Of a stretch of DNA of 64,000 bases, positions 1 through 53,718 are shown one piece after another. A program made the translations under genes and the position numbers. Within the stretch, counting starts at the first letter, position 1, and each line of letters starts with the position of its first letter. The stretch lies in the NCBI RefSeq assembly GCF_009914755.1, contig NC_060937.1; one strand, 5' to 3'. This DNA comes from the human T2T-CHM13v2.0 reference genome, Homo sapiens. The notes beneath the pieces are model-generated. The model was not told where the DNA came from. It was given only the letters and a program-made list of their open reading frames with translations, and ran no database searches.

Positions 1-100
1 AATTTTGATACTTTACATATTTTTTCCAGATAACATAATGTTTTTTTGTAATGGTTCATGCTGTTTTAAAAGATCAAGCTGTTATAACAATATCTTATTT

Positions 101-103
101 CCT

Positions 104-136
<33 letters not shown>
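101..136. repeat. (TA)n microsatellite
   Basis: Directly visible. Confidence 0.9.
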
Positions 137-182
137 GTGGTCCTTTACAAATATGCACTATTCTTTATTGTTTTCCTTACAG

Positions 183-523
183 AATGTTTCATCCATTTGT
201 GGACCAAAAGATGGAGTTGGTTTTTATTTTTAAAAAGATAATGTTAATGATCTGATACCACTACAAATATTTACGTGAGAAGATTCATGGACTTGTCTTT
301 TGGTTGGACTGTCACTCATTTCTGAAAGTTTCTTCAGCCACAATTTCTATTTGAAAATTCAAGTATCAAAGGATACCAGGTTTAGAATGGTATAATGATG
401 TATTTTGTCTGAGGACTGCAAATTTTATAGAGACCACAGTTGGATTCCAGTGATATTCTGCAATCAAAGTGATTTGATAAACCTAATTTTGAAGCATTTT
501 ATATTTATAAGCGACATCAAAAG
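183..523 (+). other. SETDB2: SETDB2 5' UTR part of the first coding exon (the upstream non-coding exon lies outside the window)
   Basis: Acceptor ttttccttacAG at 181-182; contiguous with the ATG at 524 and the donor at 540. Confidence 0.75.
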
Positions 524-40501
<39,978 letters not shown>

Positions 40502-41039
40502 ATATGTAACTAACGCCTGTTTGTGAAATTAGCTTATCAGGCTGAAATTAAAGCCATGCAAAAGAAGGTCTAGGTCCATCAAGGAAATTCCCCTCCGTTT
40601 TCCTTTGTCATGGGGTTTATGTTTTATTTCAGATTTTATTTGTGTGACTTAGAAATTCCAGGAACACAATTAGGATATTTTCATACACATAGGGTATCTT
40701 GTTCACTGCTGTGCTACTTTACATGAGTAGGATGGAAGTGTATATTTTATATGAAATACCACTGTACAATTTATAATTTATTTACAAATTATATATTAAG
40801 AGAAACAAATGTCATAACAGAACTCAGCTGTTTCTAATTGCTTTTGTGACTGTTACCTTTTAGTTCATGCCCCCCCAAAGAGCTAAATTTCACATTTTTA
40901 CCTACAAAATTGATTTTTAATTCCTGGCAAATAATTTACCATTATGAGCTACAAGGTGGGCAACAGCGCCTGAGGATCTAATTTTATGCATATTACTCCC
41001 AAGTATTTTAACACTTGTTGGAGAAGCAATATCTGGATC

Positions 41040-41045
41040 AATAAA
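41040..41045 (+). terminator. Candidate proximal poly(A) signal of SETDB2
   Basis: AATAAA about 540 nt after the stop; usage not provable from sequence. Confidence 0.4.
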
Positions 41046-42139
41046 ACACTGTCCCATCAACCATTTGAGTGGGGAGAGGGAGAAGCTCTTCTGTAAGTAA
41101 GATTCTGGCAAGCTCTTTGAAATGAGTCTTCTTTCCCACAGATTTTCTCTACTCTTTCAATACAAACAGATAGGAGAAGAGGGAATAGAAACCTGGAGGA
41201 ACTTGAATATTTTTGTTCTAGATAGAGATACAGTTATTGAAAAGGAAACCTAGAAAGTAGTCACACGTTGCTTATTTAGGCCAGAAGTAATTGTACTGGG
41301 CAAAAATTTCACTTAAAAAACACAAGAAGTCCAGGTATGGTGGCTCAGACCTGTAATCCCAGCACTTTGAGAGGCCGAGGCAGGTGGATTACTTGAGCCT
41401 AGGGGTTCAAGACCAGCTTGGGCAACATGTCAAAACCCTGTCTCTACAAAAAATACAAAAATTAGCCTGGCATGATGGCATGTGCCCGTAGTCCCAGCTA
41501 CTCAGGAGTGAGGTGGGAGGATCATTTGAGCTCAGAAGGTCAAGGCTGCAATGAGACATAATTTCACCATAGTACTTCCAGCCTGGGCAATAGAGCAAGA
41601 CTCTCTCTCAAAAAAAACAGCACACACACACACACGAAAACAATTCTGAACTATGAAATCTGAAACAGCCCCTTGGTATCTCCTGGGCATGATTTGCAAA
41701 TCTTTTTTTTTTACAGAAAAAAGGCAAAGAGTAAGCACTTTGCCATAGGTTACTTGGCCCTGATCATCTATCTAGTGGAAAAGGGGACTGGGAAGCCCAA
41801 GCAGACTGGGAAACCAGACAGCTAGGAAAAGGAGCAAAACATAGCCCAGCAACCTACAGATGAAGAAAGTTGAGAAATCCATTTATTCACCATAGAGACG
41901 CAGGAATTTCAGGCAATGCACTAAAATGAAATGGGGGAAAAAAGCTTGATCAGTACAGGAACCATTTTTGTGCAAAAGGGAATATTATGGATCAGCCAGT
42001 ATTTCTTTGAGCTCTGCCTGTGGAGTCCATTTGACCTTTAGAAATATGAGGTATTCTGTCAGTTTTATCTTCTTGGAGAAATTTCTCCTAAAATCTTGAT
42101 TTGCTTTAGTCTGGACTGGTTCATAGCCATCATCTTCCA

Positions 42140-43100
42140 TCAGTACCCCAGAGATTCACTTTGTCTCTTATGTGGGATCTGTTTCCAGTTAGATGCCATT
42201 ATTTTCCTTTTCCTTGGTTTACTCTTCCACATATTGGTAAAGCTCTTCCAATAGCTTTTGGAAAGGAAAAATGAAAAGTAAATGTTTTGAATCTCTGTGT
42301 GTTTGACAATGTCTTTATTTTACCCTTATACCTGATTGCTGTTTTGGTTGGCAAGGTATAGGATTCTTTAGTGGTCTCCATGCCCAGTTTTGAAGACATC
42401 TGCTAGCTTTCAGTGCTGTTGCTGTGGAGTCTGAAAATCTGTCTTCTGGCTTCCAGGGTGACTACTGGAAATTGAATGCCATTCTGTTCCTTCTCTTTTG
42501 CATATATAATCCATTTTTATCTCTCTTGAAGCTTATAGGTTTATCTTTGTCTCAATGTTCTGTCCCTGTTAAGAGTCCATTTTCATCCTTTGTACTAGGT
42601 GCCTGGTGGGATCATTCCGTCTGAAACTAATGATTTCCCATCTCTTCACTGTTTCTGGAATTCCTGTTTTCCAGATGTTAGACCTCCAGAATTTGATCTC
42701 TAATTTTCCTATCTTTTCTCTTAACTTTCAGCTCTGTCTTCTTGCTAGGACCTTTTCCTAGGAGCATTTCTCAATTTAATCTTCCAGTTCATCTGTTGCA
42801 TTTTATTTTTCTAGTCTCATATTGTCTCATATTTTTAATTTCTAAGAGCTCCCCTTCTCCGAATATTCTTTTTTTTTAATAGCATCCTATTTTGGCTCAT
42901 AGTTGCAGTATTTTATCTCCTTGAAGATGTTTGTGTGTTTATGTATGTATATGCACACACGTATACATACACATACAGGCATGCATCTCTGTATTCTTTC
43001 GGCATAATCTGTGTCCTCCAGGGTTTGTTTCTTTGTTTCCCCTGTATGTTTGTTTTGGTCGTTCACATTATAGGCTTTCCTCAGAGTTAATGGTCTTGGT
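42140..43100 (-). mobile_element. Old L1 fragment within the SETDB2 long 3' UTR
   Basis: Antisense L1-like T-rich sequence; the minus ORF fragment YTLPTKTAIRYKGKIKTLSN resembles the C-terminal domain of L1 ORF1. Confidence 0.6.
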
Positions 43101-43622
43101 AGTCTACTCATATTTAAGTGTGGAACACCAAAAAGCTTACTGTAAGCTGAGAGTGTGGTAAAGGGCTCTTTGTTTTACTATGACCTACCTGAGCTATCTT
43201 GCTGGGGAACACCCTAATGTCAGTCTCTTTATAAAGGGCCTTTCATTTTGGCCTGGCAAGAAATACTCTTTCATCCTCCTGCATGGAGGGCAAAAAAAAA
43301 TTTAAAAATTGGCTGCTAGGGTCTGCTCACTTCCCTGTTTTGCAGACCCCACACTCTTCTGCAATTCATTTCATAGTTGTCAAGACTATACAAATTGTCC
43401 TTTTTAATGTTCTCTCTTCTGCTATCCCTAGTTGGCAGTCTTCCTCTTTACAACCTGCTGAAAGTGGAAGACCTCCAGTTTTCCTTTAATTCCTCAGCAA
43501 ACCACCAACTATTATATGTCTTTTTTCCAGAACAACTTATTTTTTAACTATAATTATATGCATTTATGTTAGATTCACTGAAAACCTCATCTTGTATGGT
43601 GCTCTGTACCCTATGGGTGCTA

Positions 43623-43628
43623 AATAAA
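43623..43628 (+). terminator. Candidate distal poly(A) signal of SETDB2 (3' UTR of about 3.1 kb)
   Basis: AATAAA preceded by TGTA (CFIm-type) motifs, 1 kb upstream of the PHF11 ATG. Confidence 0.55.
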
Positions 43629-43695
43629 GGCTTGCTACTGGCAACTGGATTTAGGATCGGCTAATTCTGCGTCCTTTTAAGATATGCTTATTTAA

Positions 43696-43953
<258 letters not shown>

Positions 43954-44563
43954 TGATTCGCCCACCTCGGCCTCCCAAAGTCCTGGAACTACAGGCGTGA
44001 GCCACCGCGCCCACCCGGCCAGTATGATAGTTTTTAGGAGGAACCCTCAGGAGAGTGATTGTTTCTCCCGCTGTGTTGGGGGGGGTGGAGTAGGGAAGCC
44101 TGGCGTTTGGGGTTTTTTTGTTTGTTTTTTGTGTGTGTTTGTTTGTTTGTTTGTTTTGAGACGGAGTCCCGCTCTGTAGCCCAGGCTGGAGTGTAGTGGC
44201 GCGATCTCGGCTCACTGCAAGCCCCGCCTCCCGATTCAAGCGATTCTCATGCCTCAGTGTCTGGAGTAGCTGGGATTACAGGCACCCGCCACCATGCCCA
44301 GCTAATTTTTGTATTTTTAGTAGAGACGGGGTTTCACCATGTTGGTTAGGCTGGTGTTGAACTCCTGACCTCGTGATCCGCCCTCCTCGGCCTCCCAAAG
44401 TGCTGGGATTACAGGCGTGAGCCACTGCTCCCGGCGTTTGGGTTTTTTAAGCTATTCAAATTAAGACTAGACTGGAATCTGGAGCAGTGTGTGTGACAAC
44501 CCCTCTCTGCACACCCAACTTTCCCCGGGCCGGCTAGTGACTCAAAGCGACAGCCCAGATTTA

Positions 44564-44576
44564 AGAAAACGAAACC
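44564..44576 (+). promoter_or_regulatory. ISRE (IRF/ISGF3 element) AGAAAACGAAACC
   Basis: Matches GAAANNGAAA, about 70 nt upstream of the PHF11 ATG; PHF11 is a recalled interferon-stimulated gene. Confidence 0.75.
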
Positions 44577-44590
44577 TAGTGCAGCTGGGG

Positions 44591-44599
44591 CACTTCCGG
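44591..44599 (-). promoter_or_regulatory. ETS/GABP site CCGGAAGTG
   Basis: CACTTCCGG on + strand; perfect consensus near the likely TSS. Confidence 0.6.
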
Positions 44600-44640
44600 G
44601 ATCTCGCTATCCGGCCGCCACCCGCAGCTGCAGCACAGTC

Positions 44641-44734
44641 ATGGCCCAGGCGTCGCCGCCCCGGCCCGAGAGGGTGCTCGGCGCCAGCAGCCCGGAGGCC
44701 CGGCCCGCGCAGGAGGCGCTCCTCCTTCCCACCG
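44641..44734 (+). CDS. PHF11: PHF11 coding exon 1 (MAQASPPRPERVLG...LLPT-G)
   Basis: gtcATGG Kozak context; donor ACCG|gtgtgt; matches the recalled PHF11 N-terminus. Confidence 0.92.
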
Positions 44735-45374
44735 GTGTGTACCGCGGGGGCGGGCGGGCGGGCGGGGCTGGGCAGCGACGGGCCCGGTCAAGGGGCCTGC
44801 CTTCCGGTCGTGGCCGCATGGGGGCCCGACCTGCCCCTACTCCGGGCCGGGGCCCTAGACGCCGGGGCGGCGCTGGACGAACTTGGCTCACCACTCGCGT
44901 GCCTGTTGGTGGGGGAGGGGGCCAGAGGACAGGGCGCGGCCCAGGCCAGTTCCACAGGTGGCTCTGACTGCCCATGGTTTCGCGCGAGTGGTGGGCACGC
45001 TTCGGTTTACCTCCCCCGCGGGTGACAGCCCAGTGCTTCCACCACAACCGATGTCAACTCTCCTAGCGCCCCTCCGCTCACCGGTAAACCAGGACAGTGG
45101 AGGGGCGCCCTGATGCGGTGAGGCAGGGGGCGGCCCTGAGGGAAGAGCTGGGTCTCACGTTCACGGAGGACGTGACTGGAACCCGTCTCCCCTTCTCCAG
45201 TCGTTCCAGTCCTCCCCGGCCCTCTACTTGAGTGGGTGGGTCTTCTGATGGGTTCCTGCCCTTGCGTGTGTGTATAGCTCCAAACGGTGTGCCAGGCTCA
45301 GGGCAAGGTCCTGAGCATACAAAGATGAGTTAGGCAGACCCTGCCCTAGAGACTCTACTAGGCAACTTTAATGA

Positions 45375-45647
<273 letters not shown>

Positions 45648-45869
45648 TAGTAGAGAGGGTTTCTCCATGTTTCATGGGCTTACCTTTAAAGGGCAAGACT
45701 CAGCCAAAGGTGGAAAAGTTGAAGGGGTGTTCCCAGCAGAGAGGATGACACAAAGGCACCAAACCACAAAACGTCACACGTAAACATCATACGTGGCAAC
45801 CACAAGCCAATCAGTTGGATATTTCATTCATTGGTATACATATGGACTGTAAGGTAAGTCACGGGAGAT

Positions 45870-46878
45870 GCGCTTCCATCCTGACCTCTTCCTCAAACTC
45901 CAGACTGGTATAACCAACTTCTTCCATTTCTGAAATGATCTCAAACTGAGTATGTCCCAAAGAGAATTCTTGTTTCCTCCACTGTATTCAGGTACTCCAA
46001 ACCTGCTCAACCACCAGCCCATTCCATTCGCCCAGGTGCTCCTTGCAAAAACCTTAGTGGCTCCTCAGGGCCTCTCTTTCCTCCGGACACCCCTTCTAAT
46101 GCATCAGTCGGGCCAGCCAGTTCTGTGTTCAGCCTGACTGTATCTGGAGCCTGACTGCTTCTCACCACTTCCATTACTGCCACCCAAGCCTACGCCATCA
46201 TGATCTCCTGTCTGGACTATTGCTTTCCTGGCTTCTATTCTAGCCTTTAATACAGGCAGGCCTGCAGAGCGGCCAAAATGCTTTTTGAAAAACAAAAAGC
46301 AAATGTGATTCTCCTACTCAAAACCCACCAATAGTCTCCCATGACTCTCAGAACAATCTATGAGCCTGGCCTGCAGTTTACCCCATGTCCTTATCTGATT
46401 TGACTCCTGCCCATCTTAATGACTCTGCTACCCTGCTACCTTGTAGGTCCTCTAAGCCACCAAAGCTGTCCCTGCCTCAGGATCTTTCCATTTGCTATTC
46501 TCTGCAAGGAAAACTCATTGCCACATTATCCCATTTTCAGTTCCCCATCATATTCAGGTGTCTGCTCATATACATCTTCCCTCAACCTTGCCTGCCCATC
46601 CTGTCTAAAAGAGCACCCCTTGCCCCTGCTCCTGTCACTCTCTACCTCCTTCTGCTCTATTCTTTCTCTATAGTACTTATCACTACCTGGAAAACAAAAC
46701 AAAACTTGTTTAATGCCTGTCTCTACCACTGGCCACTGGCATGTAAATTCGTCTTACTCTCTTCTATCCTTAGTGCCTAGACTGGTTGGCCTAGTAGTAG
46801 TAGTAGGACATAGTAGGTACTCATTAAATATTAAATAATAGTAAGTCCTCATTAAATATTTGTTGAAGGAATGAATGT
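45870..46878 (+). mobile_element. L2 3' fragment
   Basis: Typical L2 end (tagtaggtactcattaaatatttgttgaaggaatgaatg) and internal L2 motifs. Confidence 0.65.
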
Positions 46879-46940
46879 ACTTGTATATAACACTACGGAG
46901 CTTGACTTCTGTAGGTGATGGGGAAATATGAGCAGATGTC

Positions 46941-47318
46941 CATTTCAGGTAGATCATTCTGACAGTAACATAGTACATTTCCGGTAGATCATTCTGACAG
47001 TAACCTAGCACATTTCTGGTAAATCATTCTGACAGTAACCTAGTACATTTCCGGTAGATCATTCTGACAGTAACCTAGTACATTTCCAGTAGATCATTCT
47101 GACAGTAACCTAGTACATTTCAGATAGATCATTCTGACTGTAACCTAGTACATTTCCGTTAGATCATTCTGACAGTGACCTGGTACATTTCAGGTAGATC
47201 ATTCTGACAGTAACCTAGTACATTTCAGGTAGATCATTCTGACAGTAGCATAGTGCATTTCAGGTAGATCATTCTGACAGTAACGTAATACATTTCAGAT
47301 AGATCATTCTGACAGTAA
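46941..47318. repeat. Minisatellite, 35-bp unit x about 10.8 (CATTTCAGGTAGATCATTCTGACAGTAACCTAGTA)
   Basis: Units start at 46941, 46976, 47011, ... 47291 with exact 35-nt periodicity. Confidence 0.97.
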
Positions 47319-49615
47319 TATAAAGAATGCAGTGGGATCATGACAGGGAAAATAGAGACAAGGACAAGAGATCACTGGAATAGACTAGGTGAAAGACCCT
47401 GAGGGTAAGGCAGTCCACCTTCCACACCGCTGCCAGCACTGTCTTTCTCTTAAACACACATGGGCACACACACATATAAACATGTGAGTGCACACACACA
47501 GATCAAGTAAGTCATGGTCCTTCCAGTGTTAATAAGCACGTACTGGCTGCAAGTACTACAAAAACAATTTGATGTAATTTAAGCATGAGGGATGCTTAGT
47601 AGTAGTAAGCAGGAAAACCAGACTCACAGACCCCCAGAGCATGGATACTTTAGCATCTTACAGAAAGGGCTGAGGACTAGGACCTGAGAAGCCATTATAA
47701 ACTTTGACAACACTCTCCTTTATCTCTTATTTCTGCATCTCTCAGTGTATCTGCTTTGTTCTTCTCTTTCTCTGGTCCAGTTTTCCTGGTGATGGTATAG
47801 AAGATGGCTGCCCTTGCAGCCTCTCAGTTTTTACATCTTCTTTAAGAAACCAGCCCAATCTGAACTGAAATCTTCTATCCTGAATTCTGTATATCTGAGA
47901 GATGAGCAGGTCCTCTGGGACTATCAGCTATGTCTAGAGGAATGAAGTACAAACATGCCTGCTGGGGGTCATTGTGTACGCATCATTGTGAGCTGAACAG
48001 ATACCCTAAAGGAGTCCATTGAATATCCTATCCTTAGGCTCCCCATGGTCCCTCCTCTATAAGACACACATCCTTATTCCTATTTATACATTCTAAAGAT
48101 ATTCCCAGTGATGCATTCTGTTCCCAGTAATGAATTCTAGCTATACCAAAACCAAATTCAGTCACACTTAACTTCTGCCAAAGTCATATCTAGCCACTTC
48201 ATCCTGAGATAATGTGATGGAACCATTCATTCTCCAAGGCCATTACCAAGTTCCTTGCCAAGCCTCTAGGTAATGTCTACTGTTTTGGTCTGTATCCAGT
48301 TCAGGTAGGCATTCACTGGACCAGTGATAAAATTGGCTTCTACACATCCAGCAAACAGTGGAAGAACTAAAATAGTAAATTGCAATAAACACTAATGATA
48401 AAAGGAGAAGAAAGGAGGAAATCTCCAAACCAGCACCATAAATTAGTTACCTACCAGTCCAGAACAAATCTATACTGGAAGGGGATTCTAAATGAAATGA
48501 TAGGATTAGTGAATCCCATTCCAACTGTTTCACCCATTTCTTTAGTGGCAGAATGTGTTCCTTGACCACGCTTCCTGGCTACCCCAGATTCTGTGCCCTG
48601 GGTGGATTACCCTTGGCTGGAGGGCTTTAAGAGTAGAAGCTAGAGCCTCGGCAATCCATTTCCACATTGAAGAGGGCCTGCAGATTGCCGGAGAGATTAA
48701 GAATCACTGTGTTGTTTGAATTAGTCATAGTTCTTATATTCCAGGCTTGTGATCTTTCTGTGGTTTCATTCTGTATAAACTTTCTTGGCTCTCAGTTTCA
48801 TTTGTGAGAATTCTAAAATTCTGCAATCTTGTCGGGTCAGGCTCTGTGAGTCCTCAGGGTTGCTAAACCCCCCTAGAAAGGAGCCTGGAAAGCCCTGCTG
48901 ACTATTCTTGGTCCCAGCTACTGATGAAAACCAATGGGCTCTTCCCTAAAATACCTCAGCCTTCATGACACACCTTTAGGTATCCCTCCCTCTCTGAATC
49001 TGTACAGTTCCTGAGTTCAGATGGTGAGGGATACCAAACTGTCCAAATGTATGTGGTCCATGAGTTTCGGATAACACATAGCAAGAGTTCAGATAGTGAG
49101 AGATGCCTGTCTGTGTAAAAGTCCTCAGTGTGACTCCCATAGTGAGAGATGCCTGTGTAAAAGTCCTCAGTGTGACTCCTCCAACTGCAGAGAATTACAC
49201 ACTTCCTCCAGTCTAGAAGATCAAAAGAGCTAGAAGAGCCGAAATCCATTAGGACCCTGTGATATGGGGGGATTTAGCAGGAAAAAGCCACTAGGGAGAA
49301 CCTGTGGGTCCCACCCCATGTTTTTAATCCATCTGCACTGAAGACAAACTCTGGGTCTAGCACAGCAGTGTTGTCAGCATATCTGTCTTGTCTGTCTTGT
49401 TCTTCTCTGTATTCCCCGTTGTCAGAGAATACAAACCACCTCTGTATTCCCAGATGCCAAGACTCTTGGAACCCAAGTACTTGGGAGCTCAGCTCAGGTA
49501 TCAGTGACTTGACAGCTCTGCCCAGTGCACAGAAACAAGCAATGTTGTACAAAAATGTTCAGCCCTTATACAACAAGAGGCAGCTGCATATCCTGTCAGA
49601 TAGTATCGCTTTTAA

Positions 49616-49827
<212 letters not shown>

Positions 49828-50308
49828 TAGTAGAGACGGGGTTTCTCCATGTTTGTCAGGCTGCTCTTGAACTCCCGACCTCAGGTGATCCGCCTGCCTC
49901 GGCCTCCCAAAGTGCTGGGATTATAGGTGTGAGCCACTACGCCCAGCCCCACTGGCTTTTTTTAAGCCTGTACTTTACAAGTTTTAATGTCTGTTTTGAG
50001 TGTCCTTTAATAAGAACACAGTATTCTATCAAAGTAGATTTTGGGTCTGAGGTAATTAGAATATTGGGATGTTTTTCCCCCAGTTTCATCCTAGGGCAGG
50101 GGACTTTGTGTTGTCAAATATTAACATATATTCTAAAACATTGAAAATTTTAAGTGTAGCATTGTTCAATGGAATAAAACAGAAGCACAGGAGGAACAGA
50201 TCCAACTATATGAAAAGGAGATTTTAAATTAGTGGCTAACCATTATGAATATAAGTTAGATTCCCATCTCATACATTACAAAACAATTTATTCTATGTTC
50301 ATGAATAG

Positions 50309-50633
<325 letters not shown>

Positions 50634-50794
50634 TAATTCTAAAATTAAATTAAGGCAGGACATGGTGCCTCATGCCTGTAATCCCAGCACTTTGGGAGGC
50701 TCAGGAGGGAGGATCACTTGAGCCTAGGAGTTCGAAACCATCCTGGACAACATGGCAAGATCCCTCCTCTACACAAAAATTTAAAAATTAGCTA

Positions 50795-50935
<141 letters not shown>

Positions 50936-51337
50936 TCAAAATAAATAAATTGATTAATTAAAATAAATTAAAATTCTAGAAGAAAACAGAGGTAAGTGTT
51001 TTCTATGTCCATCTCACCCAAGAGCAGAAATCATAAAATAAATGATTGTTGTAATTTCATCAAGTAAAACATTTAAATATTCTGTATATCAAAGAATATT
51101 ATAAACAAAGTTAAAAGACCACATATATGACTAACAAAGGGTTAATACCCTGACTGTTATAAACCAATAAGAAAATAATAATTCAACAGAAAAATGGGCT
51201 AAGGACATGAGTGCCTTAGAGAAGAAATGGGATTGTGACCTTACTGCATGTTACATTCGTAAGTCCAGATTATGATCCACTTCTCTCTGCATTTCGTGTT
51301 CTTTCCTTTGACTTCATCATCTAACCTTCTGTCCTAA

Positions 51338-51535
<198 letters not shown>

Positions 51536-52279
51536 TAATGTAGTAGAGATGGGGTTTCACCATGTTAGCCAGGATGGTCTCGATCTCCTGATCTTGTGAT
51601 CCACCCACCTCGGCCTCCCAAAGTGCAGGGATTACAGGCGTGAGCACCGTGCCCGACCAAGATTGACCTTCTTAAACAACTTTGTCATCATGTGCTTCTC
51701 CTGCTCAGACATCCTCCTTGGCAGCCTTTCAACACGTTTCTCAAATCCTTTCCCAGCTTCCTGTGCAGCCTTTCCTCCTCAGCCTGGCTGCCTTACTGTC
51801 TCAGCTCCGATCTCTGGGCCTTTTCCCATATGGCTGCTTCCCTCTACAGTGTTCCTCCTAGCCCATACCCCAACCCACCCCACCTTTCCCTCCTCTCCAG
51901 GTTGTACCAGTTCCAGGCCCCTGCCCTTGACAATACTCCTTCCCACGAGGAGCACTTCCTCGGCTACCTCCTTAGCGTGTATTGGAATTCCCACTCACTT
52001 GGCAGTTGCACTTTGTGACACTTAATTCTGCCATTTTATTTTCCTAACTGCTATTTAGTCTCCCTGTTTATTTCGTAAGCTTCTTGCAGACACCAGTTCT
52101 ATCTCACCACATTTCTTTACGTCCTCTGCTCTACTATTCACTAGAGGAGCCCCTCACCACAGATAGCTGTTGAGCACGTACAATGTGACTGGTCCTATTG
52201 AGACATGCTTTAAGCACAGAATACACACTGGACTTCAAAGACTCTGTACAAAAGAATGAATAACTTTTATATTGACTAA

Positions 52280-52648
<369 letters not shown>

Positions 52649-53108
52649 TAGGCCCAGCCTCCTTTTTGATTTTTTTAATGAGGCTCCTAGAAAGTTTTCA
52701 GTGATATCTGTGGCTCACATTTGTGTCTTGTTATATGTTTCTTGTTGGACAGCATCGGTCTAGAGTGCACAACATAGTGACTCAAACACAAGAAATGCTC
52801 TCAGGCTGGGTGCAGTGGCTCACACTTGTAATCTCAGCACTTTGGGAGGCCAAGCAGGCTGATCTTGAGCCTAGGAGTTTGAGACCAGCCTGGGCAACAT
52901 AATGGGACCCCTGTCTCTAAAAAAAAAAATAACAAAAATTAGCCAGACATGGTGGCCTATATCTGTGGTCCCAGCTACTGAGGTGGGAGACTGAGGTGGG
53001 AGGATCACTTGAGCCCTGGAGGCAGAGGTTGCAGTGAGCCATCATTGCGCCACTGCACTCCAACCTGAGTGACAGAGCGAGACTCTGTCTAAAAAAAAAG
53101 ATACTCCC

Positions 53109-53718
53109 CAGCCCCCCGCCCGGCCAGCCGCCCCGTCCGGGAGGGAGGTGGGGGGTCAGCCCCCCGCCCGGCCAGCCGCCCCGTCCGGGAGGTGAGAGGC
53201 GCCTCTGCCCGGCCGCCCCTACTGGGAAGTGAGGAGCCCCTCTGCCCGGCCACCACCCCGTCTGGGAGGTGTACCCAACAGCTCATTGAGAACGGGCCAG
53301 GATGACAATCGCGGCTTTGTGGAATAGAAAGGGGGGAAAGGTGGGGAAAAGATTGAGAAATCGGATGGTTGCCGTGTCTGTGTAGAAAGAAGTAGACATG
53401 GGAGACTTTTCATTTTGTTCTGTACTAAGAAAAATTCTTCTGCCTTGGGATCCTGTTGATCTGTGACCTTACCCCCAACCCTGTGCTCTCTGAAACATGT
53501 GCTGTGTCCACTCAGGGTTAAATGGATTAAGGGCGGTGCAAGATGTGCTTTGTTAAACAGATGCTTGAAGGCAGCATGCTCGTTAAGAGTCATCACCACT
53601 CCCCAATCTCAAGTACCCAGGGACACAAACACTGTGAGAAACACCCAAGAATGATAAATAAAAAATAAATAAAAAAATAATAAAAAAATAAATAAATAAA
53701 AATGAAAAAAAAAAAAAA
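53109..53718 (+). mobile_element. 5'-truncated SVA retrotransposon (VNTR remnant + SINE-R + poly(A))
   Basis: GC-rich VNTR units (gcccggccagccgccccgtccgggagg), SINE-R sequence, A-rich tail; TSD (A)nGATACTCCC ending at 53108 and 53727. Confidence 0.95.

Larger units (their letters stand above)
44500..45130. promoter_or_regulatory. PHF11: CpG island / PHF11 promoter
   Basis: Abrupt GC- and CpG-rich stretch in AT-rich surroundings, spanning PHF11 exon 1. Confidence 0.9.

Noticed and set aside
44489-45113. Long overlapping ORFs (178, 146 and 108 aa) at the CpG island
   Set aside because: Stop codons are scarce in GC-rich DNA; only 44641-44734 matches PHF11 and ends at a donor.
46941-47318. Regular 35-bp repeats resembling a CRISPR array
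   Set aside because: Units are head-to-tail with no unique spacers, there are no cas genes, and the context is primate intron DNA.
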